Source: Candidatus Buchananbacteria bacterium (GTDB taxonomy: Bacteria > Patescibacteriota > Patescibacteriia > 2-01-FULL-39-33). From it: a stretch of 59,301 bases of DNA. Below the pieces are notes generated by a model. The model made no database searches. It had not been told where the DNA came from and saw nothing but the letters and a program-made list of their open reading frames with translations. Numbering within the stretch: the stretch's first letter is position 1; each line of letters begins with the position of its first letter. A program made the position numbers and the translations under genes. Shown here piece by piece: positions 27,076 to 37,406 of the stretch. The stretch is taken from positions 1-59,301 of the forward strand of contig JBAYJM010000004.1 of the NCBI GenBank assembly GCA_041665065.1, read 5' to 3'.

Positions 27076-27411
27076 ATGTCAGATCGCATAATTAAAGTAA
27101 ATGAATTGCTTAAGGAACAGGTAGCCAGAATTATTTTAGAGGAATTAGAATTGGAGCCGGGTACGATTATTAGTGTTATTTCGGTTAGCACTTCTTCGGA
27201 CTTAAGATATGCAAAAGTCTATGTTGGTGTTTTGCCAGATGAGATTACGCCTTTAACGCTTAAGAGGTTAAATAACAACACCAGGAGCTTTCAAAAGCGT
27301 TTATCTGAAAATATAAGTTTAAAATTTACGCCTCGACTGAAGTTTTATCTTGATGAGACTGAAAAGAAAGCTTCAAAGATTGATGAACTGTTGGATAATT
27401 TGAAATATTAA
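27076..27411 (+). CDS. rbfA: Ribosome-binding factor A
   Basis: 111 aa with 'VSTSSDLRYAKVYV', in the conserved position after infB. Confidence 0.85.
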   Translation: MSDRIIKVNELLKEQVARIILEELELEPGTIISVISVSTSSDLRYAKVYVGVLPDEITPLTLKRLNNNTRSFQKRLSENISLKFTPRLKFYLDETEKKASKIDELLDNLKY

Positions 27412-27541
27412 AATCCCCACGGTTTCCATTTACTTAAAGTGATGGCTTGTTGGCCATTATTTTTTATTGGCCATTATTTTAAAGAGAGCCATTGACAAAA
27501 AATTAATTTAAATGTATAATCTGCAAATATAGCTAAAATCT

Positions 27542-29899
27542 ATGGCCAAAATACAACAATATTGTAAACAACAAGGAGTCGAGGGATCGGTATTAATTAT
27601 TGGATACGGCGGTGCCGGTATTTTAAAGGATAATGCTGATTTTAATACTAATCTGACCAGGTCATTCGACCTTGTTCCATATTTGCATACTTGTGCCGGT
27701 CAAATCGATTATACCTGCTTGTTTCTCAAAGACAGTGCTGATCTTACTGCTGAGGACGTAGCATTAGTGGCTGAAATAATCCGTGAACATCAAAATGATT
27801 ATGATGGTTTTGTTGTAGTTGGCGGTTCTGATACCATGCCCTATGTCGCTTCTGCTACGGCTTTTTCTTTGCGTGGCTTAAATATGCCGGTAATGTTTAT
27901 TGGCGCACGGCAAAATGCCAGGGATTGGGACTCTGACTTTCGTCTTAATCTTCCTAATGCGATTAAGGTTGCGCGAATGGGTGCTAGTGATATTAATGCG
28001 CCAAGTATTGGAGAAGTGGGAATTCTCTTTGACGATACAGTGGTACGAGCTACAGCCGCTATCAGTAAAGGATTAAAACTGAATAATCCCATTGAAAGTC
28101 CTCGAATTTCTAGGCTTGCCGATGTTGGCTGGACCATAAAAGTTGAATCCATAACTCGTCCACGTAGGCCATCCCAGCTCAATTATACAAAAAACAATAA
28201 TGAAAATATTGGATATTTTGATTTGGTTTCTGAAACACACATTAGTAGTTTTGAAAAAATGGTTGATGATGAAAGTATCCGTGGTATTATTATCGGCGCA
28301 TTTGGTGCCGGCAATATTCCCTCAAAGCTTGTGCCGTCAATTCATCGAGCAGTATATGAAAAAGGCAAAGTGGTTGGCGTAATTACAAATTGTAAAAAAG
28401 GCAGTTCTGATATGGGCTTATATGATGTCGGCGCTACCGCAGTTAAAGCCGGCGCAATTTCTCTTGGTCCGATGGTAAAGCCAGCCGCAATAGAAAAAAT
28501 GCGTTGGGCAATCAATAATGCGAAGGGATCTGATAATTTTAAATTTATTAAAAATGCGGCTCGACTTTTGGTTACCTCTATTGCAGATGAAATGCCGGAT
28601 TCATTTTCGCGTTATGCAACCAGCAATATTCGTCATCATTTTTTGACAAATTCCAACCTTAAATTAGAAGATTATTTTATAAAGCCGGCTGATAGAACAT
28701 ATAACACTGAAGTAAAAAGATATAATCAAGGAACATCAAAGTATAAAATTCTTGTTATCGCTTGTGGCGGCACATATTATATGCAACCAAATGCAAGCGG
28801 TTCATTGGCTCCGGTAAAAAGAAAATTAACAGAACTTTTTGATGAAAAACTTTTAGGAATAGAGCAACTGACAAATCTTGATTACATGGAATTGATGAAT
28901 ATGGATAGTACGGAAATCGAACATCAAGACCGCCGGCAAATCGCTTTGGCAATTCAAAAGGAATTAGATAATTATGACGGATTTGTAGTGCTTCATGGAA
29001 CAGATACCATGTCTTATACGGCATCGGCACTTTCATATATGCTCGTTGGCATAAACAAAGATGTGATTTTGACTGGTTCGCAAAAGCCCGGTTTTGACTT
29101 TTCTGATTTTGACCGCAATTTTACTAAATCAATAAAAGCTATCATCGCCCGCTTAGAACAGCCTGAGGATCAAAGAGTTAAGGCAGGGATAAAAATTGCT
29201 TTTGGCGATAAGTTGCTTCTTGGATCAACTGTTGTTAAGGAAGATGAGCACGGACTTAACGCCTTTGCTCCCGTAGCTAAGCGGCCTCTCTTGGGATCAC
29301 TTAGTTATCCTATTGAAATTTATAATATCACCAAAGAGGTGCGCAATTGGCCGCCATTATATTTTACCGATTTTAATACTAACGTCGCATACTTTGAATG
29401 TGTTAATGCTATTAATATAAAACAATTTGAGCGCTATGTTGAAAACAATGGCATCTCAGCGGTTCTAGTTGGTGCTTATGATGAGGGTAATATGCCGGCA
29501 CAAATGAAATACTATATTGCTACCGCAGTTAACTCATTAAATATCCCAGTAGTGGTAGTTTCTAATACTGATAATGGAGTGGCTAAGCCGTCGCTTGATG
29601 GAAGATTAGGCGAATTTATAAAAGCCGGAGCAATCTTTGTTGGCGATATGATTAAAGAGAGTGCTTTTCAGAAATTGCAGTTTGCAGTTGGTTTGGCTGA
29701 TAAGCAAGCGGATCTCAAGGGTCGTCACCGTTTAGAATTTATACGCGCGGTGATGCATACAAATTTAACGGGCGAAATATCTCCGTTATATTGCGAATTG
29801 GCGCAAAAAGTATATCCTGGAATTTTTGTTGAGGGAGAATCCATGAATGAAGAAGACGTAATAAATCGTATTTTGCAATTATCAGCAAAAAAAGAATAA
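27542..29899 (+). CDS. Fusion of two L-asparaginase/GatD-type domains (N-terminal copy degenerate)
   Basis: Domain 2 has 'ACGGTYYM', 'HGTDTMSYTASAL' and 'TGSQKP'. Domain 1 has 'GYGGAGIL', 'GGSDTMPYVASA' and 'IGARQN'. Consensus promoter at 27492-27520. Confidence 0.75.
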   Translation: MAKIQQYCKQQGVEGSVLIIGYGGAGILKDNADFNTNLTRSFDLVPYLHTCAGQIDYTCLFLKDSADLTAEDVALVAEIIREHQNDYDGFVVVGGSDTMPYVASATAFSLRGLNMPVMFIGARQNARDWDSDFRLNLPNAIKVARMGASDINAPSIGEVGILFDDTVVRATAAISKGLKLNNPIESPRISRLADVGWTIKVESITRPRRPSQLNYTKNNNENIGYFDLVSETHISSFEKMVDDESIRGIIIGAFGAGNIPSKLVPSIHRAVYEKGKVVGVITNCKKGSSDMGLYDVGATAVKAGAISLGPMVKPAAIEKMRWAINNAKGSDNFKFIKNAARLLVTSIADEMPDSFSRYATSNIRHHFLTNSNLKLEDYFIKPADRTYNTEVKRYNQGTSKYKILVIACGGTYYMQPNASGSLAPVKRKLTELFDEKLLGIEQLTNLDYMELMNMDSTEIEHQDRRQIALAIQKELDNYDGFVVLHGTDTMSYTASALSYMLVGINKDVILTGSQKPGFDFSDFDRNFTKSIKAIIARLEQPEDQRVKAGIKIAFGDKLLLGSTVVKEDEHGLNAFAPVAKRPLLGSLSYPIEIYNITKEVRNWPPLYFTDFNTNVAYFECVNAINIKQFERYVENNGISAVLVGAYDEGNMPAQMKYYIATAVNSLNIPVVVVSNTDNGVAKPSLDGRLGEFIKAGAIFVGDMIKESAFQKLQFAVGLADKQADLKGRHRLEFIRAVMHTNLTGEISPLYCELAQKVYPGIFVEGESMNEEDVINRILQLSAKKE

Positions 29900-30099
29900 T
29901 ACAGAAACCGAGGAATGAAAAACTAACAGTTTAATATCCCCTAAATAGGGGATTTTTTTATTGATTATTTTTATCTCAAATAGTTCACTATCATTGACAT
30001 AATAGACAAGTCGTGATATTCTTGCCAGTTGCTCTTTGCGTTCACGTTTGATTCGGTTAGTGCCAAAGCGGGAGGCAAAATACAAACGGGAGAGGTATA

Positions 30100-30378
30100 A
30101 TGGAACCCTCGGAACCATCAGCGATAGTTTGGATTGACGCCGATAAGTGCGTCGTCACCCCAGAGGGATTCGTTGGCGCCCTGATAAGGTACAAAGAGGG
30201 TGATGTTGTCATGATAAAGAGGCTTATTGGAAAAGGGCGTAAAAAGGACCATCAGGAGGCTCGTTTTGCCGTTGATCAGGAGGGAAGACACGGATTTTTT
30301 CGGGGCTTTAGGCTCGACGATGATGGAAACGTCCAGTTTGGCGACGATATCGCCAGCATTGCTCTTCTCCCCGAATAA
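30100..30378 (+). CDS. Small G+C-rich hypothetical protein (92 aa)
   Basis: Promoter TTGACA (29994-29999), 17 nt, TATTCT. 'GGGAGAGG' SD. Terminator 'GCGGCCGAGATGG...CATCTTGGCCGC' plus T6 follows. Confidence 0.4.
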   Translation: MEPSEPSAIVWIDADKCVVTPEGFVGALIRYKEGDVVMIKRLIGKGRKKDHQEARFAVDQEGRHGFFRGFRLDDDGNVQFGDDIASIALLPE

Positions 30379-30482
30379 ACCACCATGCGGCCGAGATGGA
30401 TTCGTTCTCATCTTGGCCGCTTTTTTGACAATTATTATTGACAATAGCACTAAAATCGCATATACTAATTTATTGACCAGAT

Positions 30483-31433
30483 ATGAATTTTACTTTTGAC
30501 CAAATCAAAGACGCTTTGTCGCGTGCCCAAAATATTATAATTATTACCCACCAGAAAGCAGATGGCGATGCTTGTGGTTCTGCTTTGGCTATGACTCATT
30601 ACTTGCAGTCACTAGGGAAAAATGTTTCTATTTTTTGTGATGGAGGCGCGCCTAAGTACTTTGATTTTTTGCCAGGCTTTCATAATATTTCTGGCGACAA
30701 AACGGTTTTGCAGAATAATTGGGACACGGCGTTATTTTTAGACTGTGGAGATCTTGCCAATTCAAATGTCTCAAAAGGTGAATTAAACGGAGCTCATATT
30801 ATAAACATCGACCATCATTACAGTAATGACAAATATGGAAAAATAAATTATATTGATCCGCGCGCCAGCTCGGCTTGTGAAATCATAAATAAATTTTTTT
30901 TGTCGATAGGATTTAATATTGATAAAAAAATATCCACCTGCCTTTTAACCGGCATATTGACCGATACCCATGCATTTACTAATGGGGCTACCAGTTTAAA
31001 CGCCATTGAAACCGCATCATCTATGGTCAAAAGAGGTGCACGCATACATATTTCAGTTGACCATTATTTTAAAAATAAATCGTTGAATTCATTAAAGCTT
31101 TGGGGAGAAATTTTATCGAGACTAAAAATTAATAAAAAATACTCCATAGCTTACACTTATATTGCCGACGACGATTTTAAAAAATTTGCAGTTAAGCCGG
31201 AAGAAGCTGATGGGATTATTAATTTTATGAATTCATTGACCGGCATCAAGGCTTGTTTTGTTGTCAGACAACAAGAATTAACAACGAAGATAAGCATGAG
31301 AACCAATAATAATAATATTGATTTGACTATGTTTGCAAATCTTTTCGGTGGTGGCGGACATAAAAAGGCAGCCGGTTTCACTTATAAATATCCTATTGGT
31401 GTGGATAATGGTAAATTAATAATTAGTTGCTAA
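30483..31433 (+). CDS. nrnA: DHH/DHHA1 phosphoesterase (NrnA-like oligoribonuclease/pAp phosphatase)
   Basis: '[11 protein letters not shown]', 'NIDHHYSN', '[10 protein letters not shown]'. Confidence 0.8.
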   Translation: MNFTFDQIKDALSRAQNIIIITHQKADGDACGSALAMTHYLQSLGKNVSIFCDGGAPKYFDFLPGFHNISGDKTVLQNNWDTALFLDCGDLANSNVSKGELNGAHIINIDHHYSNDKYGKINYIDPRASSACEIINKFFLSIGFNIDKKISTCLLTGILTDTHAFTNGATSLNAIETASSMVKRGARIHISVDHYFKNKSLNSLKLWGEILSRLKINKKYSIAYTYIADDDFKKFAVKPEEADGIINFMNSLTGIKACFVVRQQELTTKISMRTNNNNIDLTMFANLFGGGGHKKAAGFTYKYPIGVDNGKLIISC

Positions 31434-31461
31434 ATTAGTAAAAATATATTATAACAAAGAT

Positions 31462-32061
31462 ATGAAAACTAATATTTCAAACGATATGTATTTAATTCCA
31501 ACGGTTATTGAAAAAACCGCAATGGGCGAAAGGGCTTATGATATTTATTCAAGATTGCTCAAGGATCGAATTATATTTTTGGGTTCGCCAATAGATGATG
31601 GCGTTGCCAATACGATCATCGCTCAGCTTTTATTTTTGGACAACGAAGATAAAAATCAGGATATAAAGTTATATATAAATTCACCGGGGGGGTCGGTTTC
31701 AGCCGGCTTGGCCATTTATGATACCATGCAGTATGTTAAGTCCGATGTTTCGACTATCTGCGTAGGCGTTGCCGCTTCTATGGCTGCGATTATTTTGGCC
31801 GGCGGAGCAAAAAACAAGAGACTATCTTTGCCGAATTCAGAGATCATGATTCATCAAGTTATGGGCGGAGCTGAGGGCCAGGCATCTGACATTAAAATCC
31901 GGGCAGAACATATTTTAAAGGTTAAGAGTAAATTGGATAAGATTTTAAATAAACATTCAAATAAGACCCTTTCCCAGATTGAAAAGGATACGGATAGGGA
32001 TTATTTTATGTCGCCGGAAGAAGCCATGAATTACGGCCTGATTGATAAAATTGTAAAATAA
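31462..32061 (+). CDS. clpP: ATP-dependent Clp protease proteolytic subunit
   Basis: '[11 protein letters not shown]', catalytic Ser in 'GVAASMAA', 'IMIHQ'. Confidence 0.95.
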   Translation: MKTNISNDMYLIPTVIEKTAMGERAYDIYSRLLKDRIIFLGSPIDDGVANTIIAQLLFLDNEDKNQDIKLYINSPGGSVSAGLAIYDTMQYVKSDVSTICVGVAASMAAIILAGGAKNKRLSLPNSEIMIHQVMGGAEGQASDIKIRAEHILKVKSKLDKILNKHSNKTLSQIEKDTDRDYFMSPEEAMNYGLIDKIVK

Positions 32062-32152
32062 ATTATTCTCATAGAAAATCACCGCATTATATGCGGTGAT
32101 TTTCTATTTTCTGTAAATTTGATATAATTAGTTTAATTAATAAAAATTCCTT

Positions 32153-34210
32153 ATGTCTATTTCTTTTGTTAAACAACAGACCTCCTTTAAAGTTAAGCTA
32201 GCAATCACATTAATTTTAGCGGTCATTGTTTCCCTTGGTTTATTGGTTATCCCATATTTTATCCCTACAAATCAAAATGCGACATATACAATACCTCCAT
32301 CTGATTGCCATAAAATGACTTCCCCGACATATACAATACCAAGAGATCATAATTCTAAGACCGAGGGCGCTTGTTATAAAGGAGTGCCGGGAGGCACTAC
32401 ATCATATTGCTGGCAGAGCTTCTTTAGTAATACCGAAACCTTTGGCGAGTGTAGGGGTAGAACAAATGGTAATTCTACTTATACTTTCTGTCCAGATCAA
32501 GACTGTCAAACTGGCCCAATACAAACAACAAAATATTGGTGTGAAAACAAAAACACTTCAAATGCCCAGTGTATTTCTGGCGTTAGTGCTCCAGCTGGAA
32601 CAATAACTTATACTGAAGGATCTTGCGGAGGCACATGTGCAAAAAAATATTGGTGGTGCAATTCTCCAGGAGTCTGTTCTTCAGGCAGCGGTGTTTCAAA
32701 TGGAATAAATTATTACGACAGCGAAGCACAATGTAAGAATTCTACTGCTTCGGTCTGCGGTAATTATAATTATTATGTTTGTGAAAATTCTTCCTGCGTA
32801 GGAAGATCTAAGCCAGTTTTGGGCAAAATAAATTATTCCAACAAACTGTCTTGCAATATTGATTGCAGTGGCTATAATCCAAGTAAAACTGGTTTTGTTT
32901 GCAGTGGTCCAAATAGTTGCGCTACTGCTGAAGTCGGCTCAACAAATAAGCTAATGTATGGCTCTGGCGATACCTGTGTTGCAAATGCTGCGAAAGATTG
33001 CGGATCGACAATAATAATACCAAATACAACCACAACAACAACGGTACGGCCAACTTTTAAATGTTCGGGCAGTCCAAATTATATCTGCGCCCAGGCTGAT
33101 TGTACACCAGGAGCCCCAGGTTGTTATTCTTCAAATAATTGTGATGCTAAATGTGTTGCTCCGGTACTTGTCGAATCGAAGTATAAATGTAGCTCAAGCG
33201 GATGCGCCCCGTGTTTGGCCTCAGAGGCATGCACCCAGACATGGGATACTTGTCAGTCTTCTTGTAATATAGATAATAATCCCAAAGGTTGTTGTCTTCG
33301 GAGTAGTAATTGGTTGGGTAAAAAGGCTTATAATACTTTACAAAGCGAATGCAAGCCGACATTGTTATTTCCCAGAACAGCTATTTTTACTGCTGGCGCC
33401 ACTGCTTCGGGAAGCCAATGTATAAAAGGATGCGCAGAAATCACATTTTCTACGATCCGTAGCAGTCTTAAAAATGGAGCATATACAAAAATAACAGAAA
33501 ATGATTTTAAAAGTTGGGCAGCTGAAGATCCTTATGATGTTTCAGGTGATATCGCCGAGATTCGAGAAGAAATGGGGGCATACCAACGCACTGACACTGT
33601 TGTGGTTGGACAACGATTAGTAGCTGGCGGTTCATCGGCTATGCGTCAATTACTAACAAAGCCAAAGCCAACCATTTTTACTTATTATATTATAAATCCA
33701 AATGGTACTGGAGGATGGCAGGCTGTCAGTGCGCATGCGGTGGTACTTATTTCTATTGTGGATAATGGAGGTGGTAAATATTCATTAAGGGTTATTGACT
33801 CAATGCCTTCATATCCTTCTGATCCTAATAAACCGGAACTGTCCACATTAGAATGTCGAACAATTCCTGCCGAGGGACAAGTTGATGGTTTAACGGTTGA
33901 CGCGCTGTGCGACGTTGACGACTATACTAAGGCTCTTCCCGCTATTTATACTTATGGATCAGCGGGTGAAACAAATGACCCGGTATCTCAATTGAAGTCG
34001 GCAAGAGATGCTTATTGCCAGTCAACCGAAGGAAAGACAAATACAGCTTTCTGTAGTAGAAACATCGGACAATGGCTTGAAGCAAATTATCCAGCAATTG
34101 TTAACTCATTTGTTCAAAGGGATGCTGAAGGCGGAATGTGTATTGGTTGGTCTGACTTTATTCTTCGAGTGGCATATCTTGGTGATTTTACTGGAGAATG
34201 TCCAAAATAA
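32153..34210 (+). CDS. Cys-rich modular surface protein, paralog B (685 aa)
   Basis: N-terminal TM anchor. The N-module and central blocks ('CSGSPNYICAQADCTPGAPGCY', 'GCCLRSS...CKPTLLFPRTAIFTAG') are shared with paralog A. The C-terminal ~270 aa are unrelated to paralog A. Confidence 0.7.
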   Translation: MSISFVKQQTSFKVKLAITLILAVIVSLGLLVIPYFIPTNQNATYTIPPSDCHKMTSPTYTIPRDHNSKTEGACYKGVPGGTTSYCWQSFFSNTETFGECRGRTNGNSTYTFCPDQDCQTGPIQTTKYWCENKNTSNAQCISGVSAPAGTITYTEGSCGGTCAKKYWWCNSPGVCSSGSGVSNGINYYDSEAQCKNSTASVCGNYNYYVCENSSCVGRSKPVLGKINYSNKLSCNIDCSGYNPSKTGFVCSGPNSCATAEVGSTNKLMYGSGDTCVANAAKDCGSTIIIPNTTTTTTVRPTFKCSGSPNYICAQADCTPGAPGCYSSNNCDAKCVAPVLVESKYKCSSSGCAPCLASEACTQTWDTCQSSCNIDNNPKGCCLRSSNWLGKKAYNTLQSECKPTLLFPRTAIFTAGATASGSQCIKGCAEITFSTIRSSLKNGAYTKITENDFKSWAAEDPYDVSGDIAEIREEMGAYQRTDTVVVGQRLVAGGSSAMRQLLTKPKPTIFTYYIINPNGTGGWQAVSAHAVVLISIVDNGGGKYSLRVIDSMPSYPSDPNKPELSTLECRTIPAEGQVDGLTVDALCDVDDYTKALPAIYTYGSAGETNDPVSQLKSARDAYCQSTEGKTNTAFCSRNIGQWLEANYPAIVNSFVQRDAEGGMCIGWSDFILRVAYLGDFTGECPK

Positions 34211-34542
34211 AATGGTATCCGCGTTATTAATAAATTGGAATTTAAGCAGGTATGAGTTGCAAAATTATTTTTAATTTTTTAAAAATCTTAGTTATTTGAG
34301 GCCTTTGACTGAATTTGCTTTTTATGATACGATAAAGTCACTAAGATTATTAAAAGAAACGGAAAATTTGGCATAACTTAGATAAAAGTTGATTGGTACT
34401 GAAAGATTCAAAATGCTATTCTGGAATATATATGGCTAACTTTAGACAAAAAATTGGAACGACATCAACTCTAATCCATGAGCATAAATCGCTCAATTGG
34501 ATTATTTTCTAATGCTGGTTTTCCCTTTCAAAAGGGAAAAAT

Positions 34543-36078
34543 ATGGAAACAATATTAATATTAATTGCAGTTTTGGCGCTAATCGTCGGTATTGGCGGCG
34601 GTTTTTTTGTCGGTTATTTGGCAAGAAAACAATGGGCCAAAAACCAAAAAGACAGCGTGGAAGCAAAGATTGAAAAGCTGATTGCCGAGTCCAAGGCCAA
34701 GCAAAAAGAAATGATGCTTGAAGCCCAGGAAAAGTCCATCAGAGTTATCGAAGATGCCAAGTCAGAAGCAAAACAATTGAGGCAAGACACAGAAATGGCC
34801 AAAAAGAGGCTAGAAAAAAGAGAATCTCTTTTTGATCAGAAATTATTGGATTTGGAAAACAAAAAACAGGACATTGTTGATCAATTGGAGCGGGTTAATA
34901 CTGCTAAGGAAGAAATTTCTAAAATCAGAGAAGAACAAATGACCAAATTGGAAAAGATCGCCGGCTTAACTAAGGCTGAAGCCGAGAAGATTTTAATGGA
35001 CAACACCGAAAGAATGATTGCAGAAAACTTGGCACACAGAATAAGTAAGTTGGAACAAGAAGCCTCAGAAGAATTTGACAGAAAGGCAAAGGAAATGCTT
35101 TCGACCGTTATTGAAAGATGTGCTTCTTCTCATGCACAAGAAACAACCTCTTCGGTTGTTGATTTGCCAAATGATGAAATGAAGGGAAGAATCATTGGTC
35201 GTGAAGGTAGAAATATAAAAACCATTGAGCAGCTAACCGGCGTAGAAATTATTATTGATGATACTCCGCAGGCAATTACCTTGTCAGCATTTAGTCCTAT
35301 AAGAAGGCAGGTCGCCAAAAAGGCAATAGAAAAATTAATCTTTGACGGCAGAATTCATCCGGCTCGAATTGAAGAGACGATAAAAGAGGCAAAACAAGAA
35401 ATAGCTTTAGACATTAAAAAAGCCGGTGAAGCAACCGTCTATGAATTAGGTGTTGCCGGACTTGATCCAAAATTGGTTCAAATTCTGGGCAGATTAAAAT
35501 ATAGAACAAGTTACGGCCAAAACATTTTAAATCATTCGATAGAAGTAGCCAACTTATCAGCCTTGCTGGCTGAGGAATTGGGTGCTGACGTGGCTGTCGC
35601 CAAAAAAGCCGGACTACTTCATGATATCGGCAAGGCGGTTGATCATGAAGTGCAGGGAACTCACCCTGAAATTGGCAGGGATATTTGTAAGAAATTTGGT
35701 ATTTCTGAAGAGATTATTGAAGCAGTTGTTTCCCACCATGATGACAAGCCCAAGACATTAGAAGGCGTTATTGTTAAGGTTGCTGATGCAATTTCAGGGG
35801 CTAGGCCAGGTGCCAGAAAAGATTCCTATGAGAATTATTTGCAGAGATTATCAGAACTCGAATCTATTGCAATGACTTTTGATGGCGTTGAGAAGGTATA
35901 TGCCATTCAGGCAGGACGTGAGGTTAGGGTTTTTGTAACTCCCGATTCAGTTGATGATTTGGAGGCAGCAAAGATGGCTAAAAATATTGCAGAAAAAATC
36001 GAGGGAGAACTTAAGTATCCGGGTGAAATTAAAGTCAATGTAATCAGAGAAAAGAGAATCGTCGAATTTGCAAGATAA
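34543..36078 (+). CDS. rny: Ribonuclease Y
   Basis: N-terminal TM helix, coiled coil, KH 'GRIIGREGRNIKT', HD 'LLHDIGK'. Confidence 0.95.
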   Translation: METILILIAVLALIVGIGGGFFVGYLARKQWAKNQKDSVEAKIEKLIAESKAKQKEMMLEAQEKSIRVIEDAKSEAKQLRQDTEMAKKRLEKRESLFDQKLLDLENKKQDIVDQLERVNTAKEEISKIREEQMTKLEKIAGLTKAEAEKILMDNTERMIAENLAHRISKLEQEASEEFDRKAKEMLSTVIERCASSHAQETTSSVVDLPNDEMKGRIIGREGRNIKTIEQLTGVEIIIDDTPQAITLSAFSPIRRQVAKKAIEKLIFDGRIHPARIEETIKEAKQEIALDIKKAGEATVYELGVAGLDPKLVQILGRLKYRTSYGQNILNHSIEVANLSALLAEELGADVAVAKKAGLLHDIGKAVDHEVQGTHPEIGRDICKKFGISEEIIEAVVSHHDDKPKTLEGVIVKVADAISGARPGARKDSYENYLQRLSELESIAMTFDGVEKVYAIQAGREVRVFVTPDSVDDLEAAKMAKNIAEKIEGELKYPGEIKVNVIREKRIVEFAR

Positions 36079-36097
36079 TTTGGCAGTTAAAAATTTT

Positions 36098-36913
36098 ATG
36101 ATTAAAATAATTTTTATCTCTGATATTGTTGGGAAAATAGGGAGAAACACCGTAAGGCAGTATTTGCCGCTTTTGAAAAAAAAATACAACCCGGATCTTG
36201 TAATTGCAAATGCGGAGAACCTGGCTCATGGCATTGGGTTTACCAGCAAGACGCTTGATGAGATGAGAGATTCTGGAGTAGATTTTTTTACAACCGGCAA
36301 TCATGCCTGGAAAAAGGCAGGAAGTGATGACATATTAAATGACAAGAAGTTTCCAATAATTCGGCCGGCAAATTATAAAGATAAAAGATCTGGTGTTGGC
36401 TATAAGGTGGTTAAAATTGGCAAGAAAAAACTAGTTGTGGTAAACTTATTAGGAAGGGTGTTTATACTAGATGAGCTCGAGAGCCCGTTTAAGGTGATGG
36501 AAAAGATAATTAAAAAGGCGGGTACCAAAAATATAATCGTTGATTTTCATGCGGAAGCGACGTCTGAGAAGGTTGCCTTCGGTCAATACTTTGACGGAAA
36601 AGTGTCTGCGGTTATCGGCACACATACTCACGTCCAAACGGCAGATGATAGGATTTTAAAGGGATCAACCGCCTATATTTCAGATGTGGGCATGGTGGGG
36701 TATAGTGATTCGATTATCGGCGCAAACAAAGAGCAAATATTTAATTTATTTTTAGAAAAAGGCAAGTCTTCCAAAAAACATGATCTTCCTGAATATGGAC
36801 CAGCCGAATTTGATGCAGTTTATTTAGAAATTGATGATAAAAAGGGAGGTTCTTTAAAAATGAAGAGAATTAACAAGATAATTGAAGTAAAAGAAATTGT
36901 TTCAAAAAAATAA
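36098..36913 (+). CDS. ymdB: YmdB-family metallophosphoesterase (2',3'-cyclic-nucleotide phosphodiesterase-like)
   Basis: 'ISDIVGKIGR', 'ANAENLAHG', 'DFHAEATSEK', 'GTHTHVQTAD'. The start was moved from 36068 to ATG 36098, after the rny stop. Confidence 0.85.
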   Translation: MIKIIFISDIVGKIGRNTVRQYLPLLKKKYNPDLVIANAENLAHGIGFTSKTLDEMRDSGVDFFTTGNHAWKKAGSDDILNDKKFPIIRPANYKDKRSGVGYKVVKIGKKKLVVVNLLGRVFILDELESPFKVMEKIIKKAGTKNIIVDFHAEATSEKVAFGQYFDGKVSAVIGTHTHVQTADDRILKGSTAYISDVGMVGYSDSIIGANKEQIFNLFLEKGKSSKKHDLPEYGPAEFDAVYLEIDDKKGGSLKMKRINKIIEVKEIVSKK

Positions 36914-36991
36914 TGCTTTAATGACTTGAGTAAGTTTATTAATACTAAATTTATTATTTAAAACTATAATTAAGAAATAAATTATAACCAT

Positions 36992-37297
36992 ATGAATAAA
37001 GCAGATTTGTCAGAAAAAATAGCGGCCAAGGTTGGTATTACCAAAACTCAGGCCGAGTCGGCATTAAATGCCTTCACACAAACAACCATGGAGACAATAA
37101 AGGGTGGTGGAGAAATTGTTTTGACGGGATTTGGCACTTTCTCGGCGAGAGCTAGAAAGGGCAGAGAGGGAATCAATCCTAGGAATACCGCTGAAAAAAT
37201 TACTATTCCAACCGTGCTCGTGGTCAAATTTAAGGCCGGCAAAAATCTTAAAGATTATTTGAAAGGCAAAGAAGTTAAGGGCATGGAGAAAGAATAA
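36992..37297 (+). CDS. hup: HU-family DNA-binding protein
   Basis: 'MNKADL', 'GFGTFSARARKGREGINPRN' HU arm signature. Terminator at 37313-37346. Confidence 0.9.
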   Translation: MNKADLSEKIAAKVGITKTQAESALNAFTQTTMETIKGGGEIVLTGFGTFSARARKGREGINPRNTAEKITIPTVLVVKFKAGKNLKDYLKGKEVKGMEKE

Positions 37298-37355
37298 AAC
37301 TTGCCTTAATATAAAAATCCTGTTCGTCTCGGCGAACGGGATTTTTATATTATTT

Positions 37356-37400
37356 AAAAAAAAGAGCGCCTGGACAAATCTTTGGGGATCGTCCAGGCGC
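37356..37400 (-). terminator. Intrinsic terminator of the radical SAM gene
   Basis: On the minus strand: stem GCGCCTGGAC/GTCCAGGCGC (37366-37375 / 37391-37400) followed by CTC and T8. Confidence 0.65.
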
Positions 37401-37406
37401 GGTGGT

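Noticed and set aside
27451-27480. Tandem 'TTGGCCATTATTTT' duplication upstream of the asparaginase-fusion promoter
   Set aside because: There are only two copies of a 14-mer in an AT-rich intergenic region. No inverted partner or coding consequence is seen, so it is likely replication slippage.
29882-30118. 78-aa minus-strand ORF
   Set aside because: It spans a terminator hairpin and the promoter and 5' UTR of the 30100 gene, has no SD, and gives a low-complexity hydrophobic/basic translation.
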